Source: the human T2T-CHM13v2.0 reference genome, Homo sapiens. Taken from it: a stretch of 64,000 nt of DNA. Shown here piece by piece: positions 1 to 12,697 of the stretch. The translations under genes and the position numbers were made by a program. Below the pieces are notes generated by a model. That model ran no database searches. It had not been told where the DNA came from and saw only the letters and a program-made list of their open reading frames with translations. The DNA is taken from NCBI RefSeq assembly GCF_009914755.1, contig NC_060929.1. The stretch is one strand, 5' to 3'. How positions within the stretch are numbered: position 1 is the first letter of the stretch; the number at the start of each line of letters is the position of its first letter.

Positions 1-315
1 GTGGAATTGACTGCCTATGCCAAGTCCCTGGAAAAGGAGCTTCAGTATTGTGGGGCTCATAAAACATGAATCAAGCAATCCAGCCTCATGGGAAGTCCTG
101 GCACAGTTTTTGTAAAGCCCTTGCACAGCTGGAGAAATGGCATCATTATAAGCTATGAGTTGAAATGTTCTGTCAAATGTGTCTCACATCTACACGTGGC
201 TTGGAGGCTTTTATGGGGCCCTGTCCAGGTAGAAAAGAAATGGTATGTAGAGCTTAGATTTCCCTATTGTGACAGAGCCATGGTGTGTTTGTAATAATAA
301 AACCAAAGAAACATA
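1..315 (+). other. TGFBI: Distal 3' UTR (terminal exon) of TGFBI (beta-ig-h3)
   Basis: Matches my recollection of the TGFBI mRNA end (...gtaataataaaaccaaagaaacata). Supported by the poly(A) signal at 296-301 and by VTRNA2-1, the known neighbour of TGFBI, ~16.7 kb downstream. Confidence 0.88.
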
Positions 316-335
316 CGTCCTGTGTGCATGGTACA
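296..335 (+). terminator. TGFBI polyadenylation signal, cleavage region and downstream GU-rich element
   Basis: AATAAA at 296-301, likely cleavage near 315, then GT-rich cgtcctgtgtgcatgg. Confidence 0.8.
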
Positions 336-3300
336 GTGTGCTGACCTGAGGCCGTCATGCTCCTCCACACCTCAATTCTGCTCTGGAGAAGCTCAGAAAG
401 GAGCCCCGAGGGATGGTTTTGGGGAGATTCCAGCAGCCAGCCCTCAGACAGCCAGACAGCTCATGGGGGTTTGAGCCTGTCTTTGCCAAACAGGTTTTTA
501 TTTCACCCTCCTCCGGTCCTGGGGTTTCAAGTTTTCAGTGTTGCCTTCACCCCGCACTTTATTCCTCTTATTACTTGGAAGTACCTTCCCTCCAGCATGG
601 TGATCCCCTGCCTGTGTGCTGGACTTTTGAGTCCTCAGCACCAACCTGTGAAGTGGTTGCCAGCATAATCCCATTATGCAGATGAGGAGACCAAGGCCCA
701 GGGAAGGGAGAACCACCAGCAGCACGTAAAATAGCTGAGCTGGGACTGGAACTCACACCTCCTGACTCTCAGTGACCACCACTGACAACAGCATAAGTCC
801 AGGTTTTCCAGGCCCATCCCCTCTGTGCCAACCCACATTCAGGTTCCTTCCCCGGCTCCCGTAATCTCTGGCATCTAGAATATCCTCAGGACTCTGAGAG
901 GTGGTATCATGTGGTTGTGGTGCCATTGCCCCCTACCTGTGTGGCCTGGGGCCAGTCATGTGACCTCCCAGGGTCTCCTCTTCTGTAATAGGGAGATGAC
1001 CGTCACATCTACTTCATGGGTCCATCGTGAGGATGAAATGAGATGATCTATATAAAATGCTTGGTACAACATTAGGTGGCCTTATTTTTATCCTGCCGTC
1101 TGGGACTGCTCAGGATCAATGCGCCAGAGAGCCTTTATTTGTGTCTTTCCCACAGGTGGGCTGGCCCACTTTCCTAGAGAATGGGACAGACCTCCTTCCC
1201 ACCCACACCCATCTCTGCCAAGGCTGATTCACTCCAGCAGGCGGAGCTCATTTCACTTCATGGAACCAATGACCCAAAGATATATCCCCAGCACTACTGC
1301 TGGTCAGTCCACTGCTGCTGGGAATACAGCAATGGTAGTGGCAGACAGAGGCCCTCTCTTAAATAGCTTCCAGTCTGAGGAAAGAGAGATATGACATCAA
1401 TCCATTAAAATCATTCATCCATTGGTTCCACAAATATTTGTTGAGGGCTACCTATGTGCACCCCCATGTTAGACCCTGGGGAATAGACATGTCATTCTCA
1501 TGAGGCTTCTCTACTGATGGGGGGGAAGAGAATTGTCAACCAGATAATGGCACTACAGCCTGTGTGTTCTTAGTGACTCTGAGGATAGCACTGTGGTTCT
1601 GTGACAGATAATGAAGGATTTGGAAGCAGGAATGCCCAGGAGCTCCCAGAAGTGGGAAGAGATGAGAGGAATGGAAGGAACTTACCTGAAGGTGAAGGCA
1701 TCAGGCTAGGGGACCAAGGGAGAAGGTGTCCTGAGAGGTAAGGCTTAACCTTGGGTGTGAATTCAGTTCCCGTCACTCTCCCATAGCTCTGTCCTGCTGT
1801 TCCCACCTCCCCTGCAGCCATGCGGGCTTGGGCGGCTAGTGAGGGCCTTGCTCATGCTGGGTATCCTATGCTATGCTTCACTTTGAGCACCTAAAATACA
1901 CACACTGCACTTTACCAAGATGACCTCGGAAACCAAAGAGGTGATCAGCATAAGTTTTAAAGACCCTTAAATTTAAAGTAAAAATCACTACAGGATCCAT
2001 TATAAATGCCAAACACTAAGATGTGTGTTTCCAGTTCTCCCCTTCATTTGTCCCTGCCACTCCCTGCCCTGACTTTGCCCCACCCCCTAGTAATGTGGGC
2101 TCCACTCTATGCTCCAAACTCTCCCTGGAGAGAAATCCTCCCTGTGGTTGAGGACAAGGCGCAGCCTTCCCCTCCCACCAAAGAAGGTCAGATTCCCTTT
2201 TTTGGTTCCTAACCATCCATACCCCTTCTTTTCTCATGAAGACTCGGGCTAAGCATTCATTAGGGCTGCCATCTGGAGGATGGACCCTTAGAGCTGAGGG
2301 GCCAGCACTGTGTGTTTCCAGGGGTGGGTGATTTTGGGGAGGGAGGTGTGCCTCACCCCATCAGAAGGCCAGAGGGTAGCCCAAGCTAGAAGGAGGTTGC
2401 CCAGGCCTTGCCTGAGCCCTGACCACTGAGCCCCAACCAAGGAAATGGAAGGAGAGGAAGAAGGGGAATGGGCTCTTCTTAGTCCACTTCTGTCTTTGCT
2501 GTCACTCTGGGAATACAAAGCTTTCTGGGATGTAGAGAGGACTGCAAAGACCCTCAGCATTGGGCCCTGAGGCCTCCCAGGATGGGGTATGCCTTTCCCA
2601 CACAGGGGACAGGGGTGGCCTAAACCTGGCCACATTGGCCAACTGAGAGGCCAGCTCAGCCATGGGGCCAGAGAGGCCTGCTGTATTGGGCTATGCACCT
2701 ATGTGCATTATTTTTTCTATTACTTGCACTGATACTATGACACAGGTAAGTACTATTAAAATTCTCATTTTACTGCTGCAGAAATAGAAGCTTAGAGAGC
2801 TAAAGTAGTTTGCCAGGTCACAGAATAAGAAGAGGCTGAAACACAAATCCAGCCATTCTTAACCACGCTTCTCCCTTCTGCTCAACTATACCAGAGGCCA
2901 GGAGGGGTAGTCAAGGCAGCCATGGACAAGCAGACATGAATGCCAGGTGGTCAGAAGGGCTCAAAACCCCCTACCCTCCAGAGAAGCCCCTGCAGGCCAG
3001 GTCTCTGCTTGCACAGCCTAGAACATAACTTGTTTCTATGGTGCCAGGGCATTAAGAATTAGCAATAGCCACGAGTGCCCCAGAACTCATGTCTGGAAAA
3101 AAAGAGAGGAAAATACCTCTGTGCTTGAAAGCATAATTCAGTGTTATGCTCTTAGAAGAGATGCCTGGAATATTATGCTCAGAACTCTTTTCAAAGCCAG
3201 GAGAGAAAGTCATGGAATGAGGGATGGGCCCGAAGCCCTGTCCAGAGAAGTCAAATGAGGCCACCTTGGGCCATCCCTATCTGGCAGGGAAAGAAACTCA

Positions 3301-3395
3301 TCCATTCCAGAAAGCCAGAGAGCCAGCCCAGAGAATAAGTGGTGGGTGGAGAGGGGAGGAGTCTGGGACAACCTCTATACACACGCACATTCATT

Positions 3396-3403
3396 CACAC
3401 ACA

Positions 3404-3459
<56 letters not shown>

Positions 3460-3472
3460 CATGCACACACAC
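3396..3472. repeat. (CA)n microsatellite
   Basis: Long near-perfect CA tract, pure from ~3407 to 3457. Confidence 0.97.
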
Positions 3473-3699
3473 CCCTGCATGGGAAACCGAAGACACAGCC
3501 TTAGGCAGAGAAAACAGGCACAGCACACCCACTTGTGGTTGGGGAGAGGACTCCAGGACCTGGAGGTGGAAGGCAGCAGCTGGAGCTCTGGCCTCAGGCC
3601 TGTTAGAGGAGGCTCCCTGGAGCTGCTACACCCTGTCACCCATGCAGGCCCTAACAGTCCCTGCAGTGCTGGAGCTCGCCATCACTTGGGGAGGCGATG

Positions 3700-3988
3700 G
3701 AGGTCACTGAGACCTGAAGAATGAAGAGGGTGGGGAAGAGAATTCAGTCTGAAGAACAGTGTCATAAAGGCTCTGAGAAAATGTGAGAGAGTTTTGTGTG
3801 GCTAGAGAGAAGAGAGACAATTCCTCTGGTGAGAGGTTTGGGAGCTAGACTGTACTGGGCCTCATAGGCTAAGTACTATCATAATTAGTATTAAGAATTT
3901 TAGACATTATCCTTAAGACAATGAGAAGCCACTGGAGGGTTTTAGTTGGGGGAGGGAGATAGAGAGGGGTGTGCAATGATCAGATATA
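3700..3988 (-). mobile_element. L2 fragment (left part, interrupted by L1)
   Basis: L2-like gagaagccactggagggtttt...atgatcagat motif, which resumes after 5825. Confidence 0.55.
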
Positions 3989-3989
3989 T

Positions 3990-5825
3990 ATTTTATATTT
4001 AGTAAAATATACATGGCATAGAATTTACCACTTCAACTATTTTAAGTATACAATTCAGTGGTATTCAGTACATTTCCCATTGTTGTGCAACCAATCTCTT
4101 CATCTTGCAAAACTGATCTGTTCCATTAAACATTAACTACCCATTCTCCCTTCCCTTCTGCCCTTGATAATCTCTGTTCTATTTTCTGTCTCTATGAATT
4201 GGAGTTCTCTAGGTATTTCATGTAAGTGGAATCAGTATTTGTTCTTTGCGACTGGCTTATTTCACTTAGCATAATATCTTCAAGGCTTATCCATGTTGTA
4301 GTGTGTGTCAGAATTTCCTCCATTTTTGAGGCTGAATAATATTCCATTGCATATGTATACCACTCACTTTGTTTATTCACTCATCTTTTGATGTACATTA
4401 GGCTTGTTTCTACCTTCTGGCTCTTGTGAATAACGGTGCAATGAATGTGGGTGTACAGATGTCTGTCAGAGTCCCTGTTTTAAATTAGTTTGGTCCCTCT
4501 TTTAAATTAGTTTGGTTATACCCAGAAGTCGAATTGATAAATCATATGGTAATTCTATTTTTAATTTGGGAGTGGGGGGGGAATTGCTATAGTGTTTCCA
4601 TTGTGGCTGCACTATGTTACATTCCCCCCAACAGTGCACAAGGATTCCAGTTGCTCCACATCCTCTCTAATACTTGTTATTTTCTGGTTTTTGGTAATAA
4701 CCATTCTATTGAATGTGAAGTGATGTTTCATTGTGGTTTTGATTTTGTTTTGTTTTTTAATGATTAGTGATGTTGAGCCTCTTTTCATGTGCTTATTGGT
4801 CATTTATATTTCTTCTTTGGAGAAATGTCTATTTGATTCCTTTGCCCATTTAAAAAATTTTTTTTTCTTTTTTAGTTATTACATTTTAGGAGTTCTTTAT
4901 GTATTCTGATATTGATTCCTTATCAGATATATGATTTTCAAATATTTTCTCCCATTCTGTGGGTTGCCTCTTTACTCTGTTGACAGTGTCCTTTGATGCA
5001 GAAACATCTTTAATTTAGATGAAGTTCACAATATTTATTTATTCTTTTATTGCCTGTGCTTTTGGTGTCATGTCCAAGAAATCATTGCCAAATTTAATGT
5101 CATGAAGCTTTTCTCCTGTTTTCTTCTAAGAATTTTAGTTCTTACATGTAGGCCTTTTATTCATTTTTAGTTCATTTTTGTATATGAAATAAGGAAAGGG
5201 CCCAACTTCATTCTTTTCCATGTGGCTACCCAGTTTTCCATGTGGCTACCCCGTTTTCCACGTGGCTACCCAGTGCTGGGAAAAGATTGTCCTTTCTCCA
5301 TTGAATGATCTCAGCACCCTTGTTGAAAATTATTTGACCATACAGGCAAGGGTTTATTTCTGGGCTCTCTACTCTATGCCATTGGTCTGTATGTCAGTCT
5401 TTATGCCAGTACCACACTGTTTTGATTATTGTAGCCTTGGTGTAAGTTTTAAAATTAGTAAGTATGAGTCCTTCAACTTTGTTCTTCTTTTTCAAAATTG
5501 TTGTGGCTATTGGAAATTCCTTGAGATTTTGTATGAATTTTAGGGTAGATTTTTTTCTGTCTGCCAAATATATCATTAGGATTTTGATATGGATTATATT
5601 GAATCTGCAGATCACTTTGAGTACTATTGACATTTTAATAATAGTAAGTCTTCCAATTCATGAACATGGGATGTCTTTCCATTTATTTGTGTCTTCTCTA
5701 ATTTATCTCAACAATTTTTTGCAGTGTTCAGTGTACAAGTCTTTCATATCCTTTGCTACATTGATTCTTAAGTGTTTTATACTTTGTGATGCTATTATAC
5801 ATAGAATTGTCTTCTTAATTGTTAA
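3990..5825 (-). mobile_element. Old 5'-truncated L1 (L1MA/L1MB-type), ORF2 3' part plus 3' UTR
   Basis: Minus-strand ORF fragments give L1 ORF2 peptides: KTYTKATIIKTVWYWHKD, WYTYAMEYYSA..LEDIMLSEISQSQR, INVAKDMKDLYTEHCKKLL. L1M-type 3' end near 4000-4100. Frame broken. Confidence 0.92.
5214..5273. repeat. 20-bp x3 tandem repeat inside the L1
   Basis: ttttccatgtggctacccag / ttttccatgtggctaccccg / ttttccacgtggctacccag. Confidence 0.95.
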
Positions 5826-6600
5826 ATATGTTTTTAAATGATTGTTTTGGTTTTTGTGTGGAAAGTGGGTTGAAGTGGAGGGTAGGAGTAGCAGCTGGGA
5901 AGCCAATTAGGAGGCCGTTACAGTCATCCAGGCAAGACATGATGGAGGACCAGGGTGGTGGCACTAGAGATGGAAGGACACAGAGGAACTTGAGACATAT
6001 TTTGGAGGTAGAACAGATAGGACTAGAATAGGGGTTGGAGGAGGAACATGAGAGAAAGGGAGGATTCAAGAACGGTACCAAGGTTTTTGCCTTAAACAGC
6101 CAGCTAAAGGGTTATGCCATTTTTTTTTTCCTAAAATTCAGAGCAGGGAAGAAGCTACTGGTAAAAAAAAAAAAAAAAGACTAAGAGTCTCCTTTGGATA
6201 GTTTAAGTTTGGAAAGCCAATTAAAAATCCAAGTGAGATGTTAAAAAAAGCTGTTAGATATTCAAACCTAGAGTCAAGGAAGAGGTCTAAGCTGAGATGG
6301 AGTGTTGGGGAGTTAGTACATATAGGTGCTATTTAAAAAGAGTGACTGGATGTGATCTCCCAGGGAGAGAGTGTAGAGAGAGAAGAGAGCCTGAGACAGA
6401 GCCTTGGGTAGCTCCAGCATTTGGAGATCTGGAAGAGGAAGAAAAACCTGCAAAGGGGTCTGATAATATGTGTATGGAATCCTGGAAGTTGAGGAAGGAT
6501 AGCCTTTTAAGGACAAGCATCAACTCAGATGAATTATTGATGTGTCCGATGGGTTTAGCCATGTGCATGTCATCAGGAACCATGGCAAGAGCATTCTCGG
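5826..6600 (-). mobile_element. L2 fragment (right part)
   Basis: L2 motif ggaggccgttacagtcatccaggcaagacatgatg...gagacatattttggaggtagaa. Confidence 0.7.
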
Positions 6601-6965
6601 GGGAGATGAGAGGACTGACTCTGGGCTGGGAGGAAAGGGGGCAGGAGAGAAGGATACATTTTCTGCTGTGAGTGCTTGAATGGATGCCATTTTTCAGGGA
6701 TTGAGAACCCCACAGGCATATGAAAACCTGGAAGTCTACTTGTTCAGTCTTACCCTTCATGTCAGATCAGCAGCTCTTTCTTCTAAACCCCCGTACATGT
6801 GCCGCCATAGCCCTAAGGACTTATTTGGGTTAATTCCCTACTTCTTGTTTGGCCTTCCCTGCTAGGAGGTGAGCTGCTCAAAGGTATGTAGGGACTCCTC
6901 CGCCCAGTGCCTAGCATAGGGCCTGGCACACAGTACGTATTCAAAAAGTGTTATCTCAGAGCCTG

Positions 6966-7044
6966 GTTTCCAGAGAACAAATGGCTCCTTCAGTCAACAA
7001 GGTGTGTTTCCAGAGAACAAATGGCTCCTTCAGTCAACAAGGTG
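6966..7044. repeat. Perfect 40-bp-period tandem duplication
   Basis: gtttccagagaacaaatggctccttcagtcaacaaggtg occurs at 6966 and again at 7006. Confidence 0.97.
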
Positions 7045-8090
7045 GGCTCAGGCCCCTGTTGCTCTCTAAAAAAGGAAGAGGAGGCTTCTCCAGACCCTTG
7101 AGGTATCCTTCTGGGGTCTCTCACGCATGTGGGCTGGAGGAAGCCTGCAACCAGAGCTCTCCTCGGGTCTTCTCAGGAAAGCAGGGTGGCTTATGAGCAT
7201 CACCATCCCCAGGGAAGCCTCCTGCCCAGCTATGTGTGCCTCGGTCCCCTCTGGCTAAGACTCCCTAACTGAGAAAGGTCACCCCTGGCTCAGCAGGCCC
7301 CAACTCAGAGAGAACATCTGGGCCCAGAGAACAGGTAAATGGCTGATGAGTCACACTGCAGAAGGGCTGCTTCATCTTTAGCAGGTGACTCCACCCTCTA
7401 ACCCTTCTGGGGAGGAAGTTTCATGCTTGGAGGGTTTTTCCCCATTCCCAGGATCCTAATTCTATTAGAAGAAAGTCTGAGATTTGGAAGTAGCAGAGAC
7501 AGAGGGGAAAGACTTATGATTAAATGTCCTCATTTGGGCGGAAATGAGTTTTTGAGTGAACAGATGGAAAACTACTCTCTTCTCCTGTCAGTGGGGCGGG
7601 TGAGTCCCTGCGGCTTCTTGGCAACAGCTTATGAATAATTCAAGTTCAAGGAAGCCATCTGCACGCAGGGACCTTTCCCTGATGACCGCTCTCAGTTGGG
7701 CTTCCAGAATCGGAGGGTGAGGGGAAAAGCCCTGCTAGAGGGGCTGTTTTCAGCCAGCTTTGGAGTGAAGAAGGCTTGGTCCCTCCTACAGTGGAGGGAG
7801 GAGAAAAGAAGGGGTATAGGAATAAGCACTCCTGGGTCCTCAGTTGTTCAGTGATGCCTGAGAACTAAGGAAGAACGTGGTCTTTGAACAGCGAAGATGT
7901 AGCCTCAAATCCCAGCCCTGCTTTGAGAGGAATCACCTACAATCAGATCCTATTCACTTTTAGACTAGAACAGGATTCCTAATCTTCCTTAGGCCAGGGA
8001 CTCCTGATAAAAGCCGTGGACCCTCTCCTCAGAAAAATGCACAGGTATCTACAATACACACGATTTTGATGACCACTCTCCCTCGAGCTC

Positions 8091-8453
8091 TGTATTACTC
8101 CATTTTCATACTGCTGTGAAGAAATATCCAAGACTGGGTAAATTATGAAGAAAAAGAGGTTTAATGGACTCACAGTTCCACATGGCTGGGGAGGCCTCAT
8201 AATCATGGCAGAAGGTATAGGAGGAACAAAGGCAAGTCTTACATGGCAGCAGACAAAGAGAGCGTGTGCAGTGGAACTGCCCTTTATAAAAGCAACAGAT
8301 CAAGTGACACCTATTAACTATCATGAGAATAGAACAGGAAAAACCTAACCCCATGATTCAATTACCTCACTGGCTTCCTCCCGTGACATGTGGGGATTAT
8401 GATAACTACAATTCAAGATGAGATTTGGGTGGGGACACAGCCAAACCATATCA
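8091..8453 (-). mobile_element. THE1-family solo LTR (ERVL-MaLR)
   Basis: Reverse complement starts TGATATGGTTTGGCTGTGTCCCCACCCAAATCTCATCTTG (THE1 start). Flanks agctc/agccc look like a 5-bp TSD with one mismatch. Confidence 0.92.
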
Positions 8454-9629
8454 AGCCCCTATTCAAAATACATTTCATACAGACCTATGTGCTTCTTGCA
8501 TGCACAGTACTATGTGCTTCTTGTGTGCAGTCAACAAGTCCTCTACCTTCAAAGCATCAAGCTTAGACATTGCACAGAGTAGGTCATGCATAAGCATAGA
8601 ACAAGTAGGGCATCCAACTGCAGCCCAGTTTCTTTGCCTGCAACAGGGCATAGGGGCTGTCCCCCAATGGCGCAGTGGCAGCCTAACAGCAAGAGAGAAA
8701 AGAGAAGAGCCATAGTCAGGTGTGCTGTGGAAAGGCCCTCAGAGCTCACGGCACTGATTCGCTTAGTAAAGTATGCTGCAGAGGAGAAACGCTGTGATGT
8801 CAGCAATGTAGACGACATTTACTCCACAGGCAAAACTGTTTCAGTATCAGAGAATCCATGGGCTGGGAAACCCTGAGAACTTAACATGGAAGCACCTTCT
8901 TTATGGTTTATTATTTACATACTCGAGAGAACTCAACCAGGAAGGAAATCTTCAAACACATTTATCAATAGCCTATCTCTTTGTTTGAAGATCATAGAAT
9001 TTACACAGCTGAATGATTAAAAATAAAAGTCCTTTTGTCATCTTTCTAACGAGATTTTAGAAAAATTGTATGTGTGAATTTAGTTTTATTTCCTAATGTT
9101 TCTATTGTGTTATTTTTAACTTTCAAATTCAACTTGAATTTCATTTCCTCTAAGTTGGAAATTCAGGGTCTTAATGAATTAATTTCACATAGAAATTTTT
9201 ATTCTACCGTCAGAAATGTATCAATTATTTGCCTATTCATTACATTGTTCTGCCTTCTTGGAGATATGTTTCATTATTCCTATCAGCTTGTGTCTCTGGG
9301 CTACAATATCTGTTCCTTTGATCTACATAACTGTGCTTGCACCTGGACCACACCACGTAAATTGGTGTTAATTTAGTATCTTTTAATATCTCATACAGTC
9401 AGATCTCTTTGCTTTTGAAGATAACTTTTTTCTTTTTACAAAATTGACACTTTCTCCTTGTGGAAGTTTTAGAAAGTATAGGCAAGCAGAAAGAAAAAAG
9501 TAAACCATTATCAAATCACTGGAGCAGATTCTTTCAGATACTGTGTTTGAGGAAAACATGAGCATATATAATATATTGCAATCTTCCCCTATTGTGCTAT
9601 AAGTTTCAAAATAAAAAGAAAATAGGTAT

Positions 9630-10143
9630 TGTGGTAAGCAGAATTTTAAGATGGCCACCATGACTTTTGCCCCACAGTGTTACTCTGTTGATAGCAAAAA
9701 GGAGATTATCCAGGTGGGCCCAATCAAATAGCAGCCTTTTAAGCAAAGCCTTTTCTCTCTGGCTGGTGGCAGAGGTGGAAATCAGAGACATTTGAAGCCT
9801 GAGAAGGACTTGGTACAAAGTTGCTGGTTTGAAGAAAGAGGGGTATGAGAAAAAAGAATGCAGGCAGCCTCAGGCCGACAGCCAGTGAGGGAATGGGGAC
9901 CTTGGACCTTCAGCTGCAAGGAACTGGATTCTCCACTAACCTAAATTAGTTCGAAGAGGGAGTCTCCTCTCGCTCCTCCAGAGAGGAGACCTGCTGTCAC
10001 TATGCCTGTGAGACCCTGAGTAGAGAATCTGGTTGAGTCCACCCAGAATTCTGACTTTACAGAATTATGAAATAATTGATGGGTATTGTTTTAAGCCACT
10101 AAATTTGTAGTAACTTGTTAGGCAACAGTAGAAAACTAATATA
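9630..10143 (+). mobile_element. MLT1-type solo LTR (MLT1D/E/F-like)
   Basis: Starts tgtggtaagcagaattttaagatggcc; ends gttttaagccactaaatttgtagtaacttgtta...aactaata. Confidence 0.8.
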
Positions 10144-10888
10144 GGCCTTTAAACCAGTGGAAATGCCCTTTGTCATGTTTCTTACTATATTCTTAAGAAA
10201 AATCATATTTGGGAATAAACCTGCAAATTTTGTTTCATTTTCTTCACTCTGCCTCTGCAGAGACCTCTGAGTATATGGAAAGTCTGAGTCCTGGGCCAAG
10301 AGGGGTCTCTGGGCCTAGGCATCAGGGCCAGGCCCTGTGAGGCATTACTGTGAAGAAAAAGGCCCTTAGGAATCAGGGGGATTCCCCAGCCCTAAAACTG
10401 TCCCAGACCCACAGGCACCTGCCGAGAGCTAGGGTACAGAACTCCCCTGGGGCTCTGGTTGCACCTTCTACCACATGCGTTCCTGGGCTTCTGCCCTGAC
10501 AAGCTAGCTGACATCCTGAGGACATCCACACACACCAGGATGACATTGACTGACAAACTGTGATCACCATCAGCTGGGCCTGTGAGATTCCACAGGGTCT
10601 TCTGGGAGTAAGTGTCCACTTTTGCATTTTAACGTATTGAAGGCTTCAAATTTCTGCTCCAAAGCAGTCAAGGGTGGCTCTAGGGCTGGCTGGAGAGAGA
10701 GAGAGAGAGACTGTGTAACAAAGGGCCCTGGATCGCCTCACACCCTCCAATCAAAGCCACTGCTTATTGAAGGCCTGGTTTGTACAAAGCCTCATTCTCA
10801 CTAGTTTACACTCACGTTCTCATTTGTTATAATGTTTGTTTCCAGTTTACAGAGGAGAAAACTGAGGCTCAGAGAGATTGAGTAATCT

Positions 10889-11242
10889 CTATGGACTGAA
10901 TGTCTGTGTCTACAATTCTTATGTTGAAAATGTAATCCTCACTGTGATGGTGTTTGGAGATGGGGCATCTGGGAGGTACTTAGGTGATGAGGGTGGAGTC
11001 TTCTTGATAGGATTAGTGTCCTTATAAGAATAGTGGAGAGAGCTTGCTTCCTCCCTCCACCAAGTGAGGCTACAGCAAGAAGGCAGCCATCCACACTTCA
11101 GGAAGAGGGCCCTTACCAGAAACCGAATTGGCCAGCACCTTGATCTTGCACTTCCTTGCCTGCGGAACTGTGAGAAATAAATTTCTGTTGTTTAAGCCAC
11201 CCAACCTATGATATTTTTGTTACAGAGGCTTGAACTAAGACA
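10889..11242 (+). mobile_element. MLT1A-type solo LTR inserted into a MIR
   Basis: ctatggactgaatgt...gagaaataaatttctgttgtttaagccac...aactaagaca. MIR core (gaaaactgaggctcagagag) lies to the left and continues on the right. Confidence 0.82.
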
Positions 11243-11375
11243 GGAATTTACCCAAGGAAGCTTTGTTATATAAGTGATGAAGTCAGGATTCTAACTCAAC
11301 TCTGACTCTAGGTTCTTTTAACCACTACCTTGGGAGGCCAATGAGAGGGTGTGCATTCAGCAACAACACACAGAG

Positions 11376-12010
11376 AAGTGGTTCTCAATCCTGATTGCAT
11401 GTTAGAATACTCCAAGGAGCTTTTTAAAATTCTGATACCTAGACCAGAGATTCTGATTTTAATTGACCTTAAGGAAACCCAGTCCTCAGCAGTTTTAAAA
11501 CTTCTCCCAGGTGATTTCAATATGCAGAGCAAACGTTCTCTAATATTACCATGCATCAGAACCCCCTCAGAACCTCGTTACATATAAGATTTCTAGGCTG
11601 TACCTTGTCATCCTGTTTCAGTTGTGTAGGGAGGACCCCAGGAATTAGCTTCTTTAGCATACCTCCCAGCTCAGTGTTTCTCAAACTTGTTCAGATGAAG
11701 ATTCTGACTCGAGAGGTCTGGGATGGAGCTTCAGACTCTGCATTTCAAGCAAGTTTTCAGGTCACACTGCTATTGGTCTAGGGGCCACACTTTGAGTGGC
11801 AAATACCTCAATAGGTGTGGAAGAGCTGCCCTAGGCTAATGTTTCTAAAAGAGTGGTCCTGGGACTGGCAGCATCACCTGGGAACTTGTTAGAAATGGAA
11901 ATTGGGAGACCCCCTCAGCCCTACTGGATCAAGAATTCAAAGAATGGTGTCCAGCTGTTTTAGAAAGTTCCCACCCCAGGTGATACAGGGTACAGTTTGG
12001 GAACCACCAC
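11376..12010. mobile_element. Cluster of MER5-type hAT-Charlie MITE fragments
   Basis: Repeated MER5 motifs (gtggttctcaa, cagtgtttctcaaact, gcagcatcacctgggaacttgttagaaatg, tttgggaaccac) at ~11378, ~11672 and ~11840. Confidence 0.72.
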
Positions 12011-12624
12011 CAGAGGGAGGGACCACATCTGCTGAGACAGCCACTCAGGGCAAGCAGAGTGCAAGTGTCTTAGAGGTCTCTTCTTTGCTCAAAGGCAAAA
12101 CTCTGTTTCCCCAGGGGGCCCAGTCAGGTTGAGCAGTAAGAAGACTAGCGTCCTACCAGCCACATCTGGAACTCAGCATGAATTCTTCAGTTTCCCAACA
12201 AGGTCAGGGACAGCCATGTTGGTATCATTATGTAAATATGCAAAAAGCAACATTCTTGAAGGAAAGCCCTTGACTTTGATTTTAATGAGATCTGGCTCAG
12301 TCCTCTCTCCAGATGTCTATTTACTGGCTTACCAACAGCTGCCAGGGAGATGCAATGCAGGGTTGATTTGTTTGTTTTCTCTCAATTTAATGCATCAGTT
12401 TCTGGAGCCTAAGTACCCATATCTGGAAAGCTGTGGGATTTCCATGGCCTGTGGAAATACAGAAAGTTAATACCTTCCTGAAAGGATGAGTAAGATTATC
12501 ATTCTGAACATGTATTCATTTATTCATTCTTTCAGTAAACATGTATTGAATACCTGTTGTATGCCAAGCACTATGCTAGGGAGAAATGATAATACCATTT
12601 ATTGTGTTAGTGATATCTTTATCA

Positions 12625-12697
12625 TTTTCTCATGATGTTTTTCTCATGGCTGTTTTCTCATGGCTGTTTTTCTCATGGCATTTTCTCATGGCTGTTT
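12625..12697. repeat. Minisatellite, ~5 copies of a 13-15-bp ttttctcatggctg unit
   Basis: Directly visible degenerate tandem array. Confidence 0.9.

Noticed and set aside
3224-3724. 166-aa ORF with an HT repeat, and its overlapping ORFs
   Set aside because: Open frames are produced by the (CA)n microsatellite.
5214-7044. Short direct repeats as a CRISPR-like array
   Set aside because: The repeats are head-to-tail without unique spacers, in clearly primate DNA.
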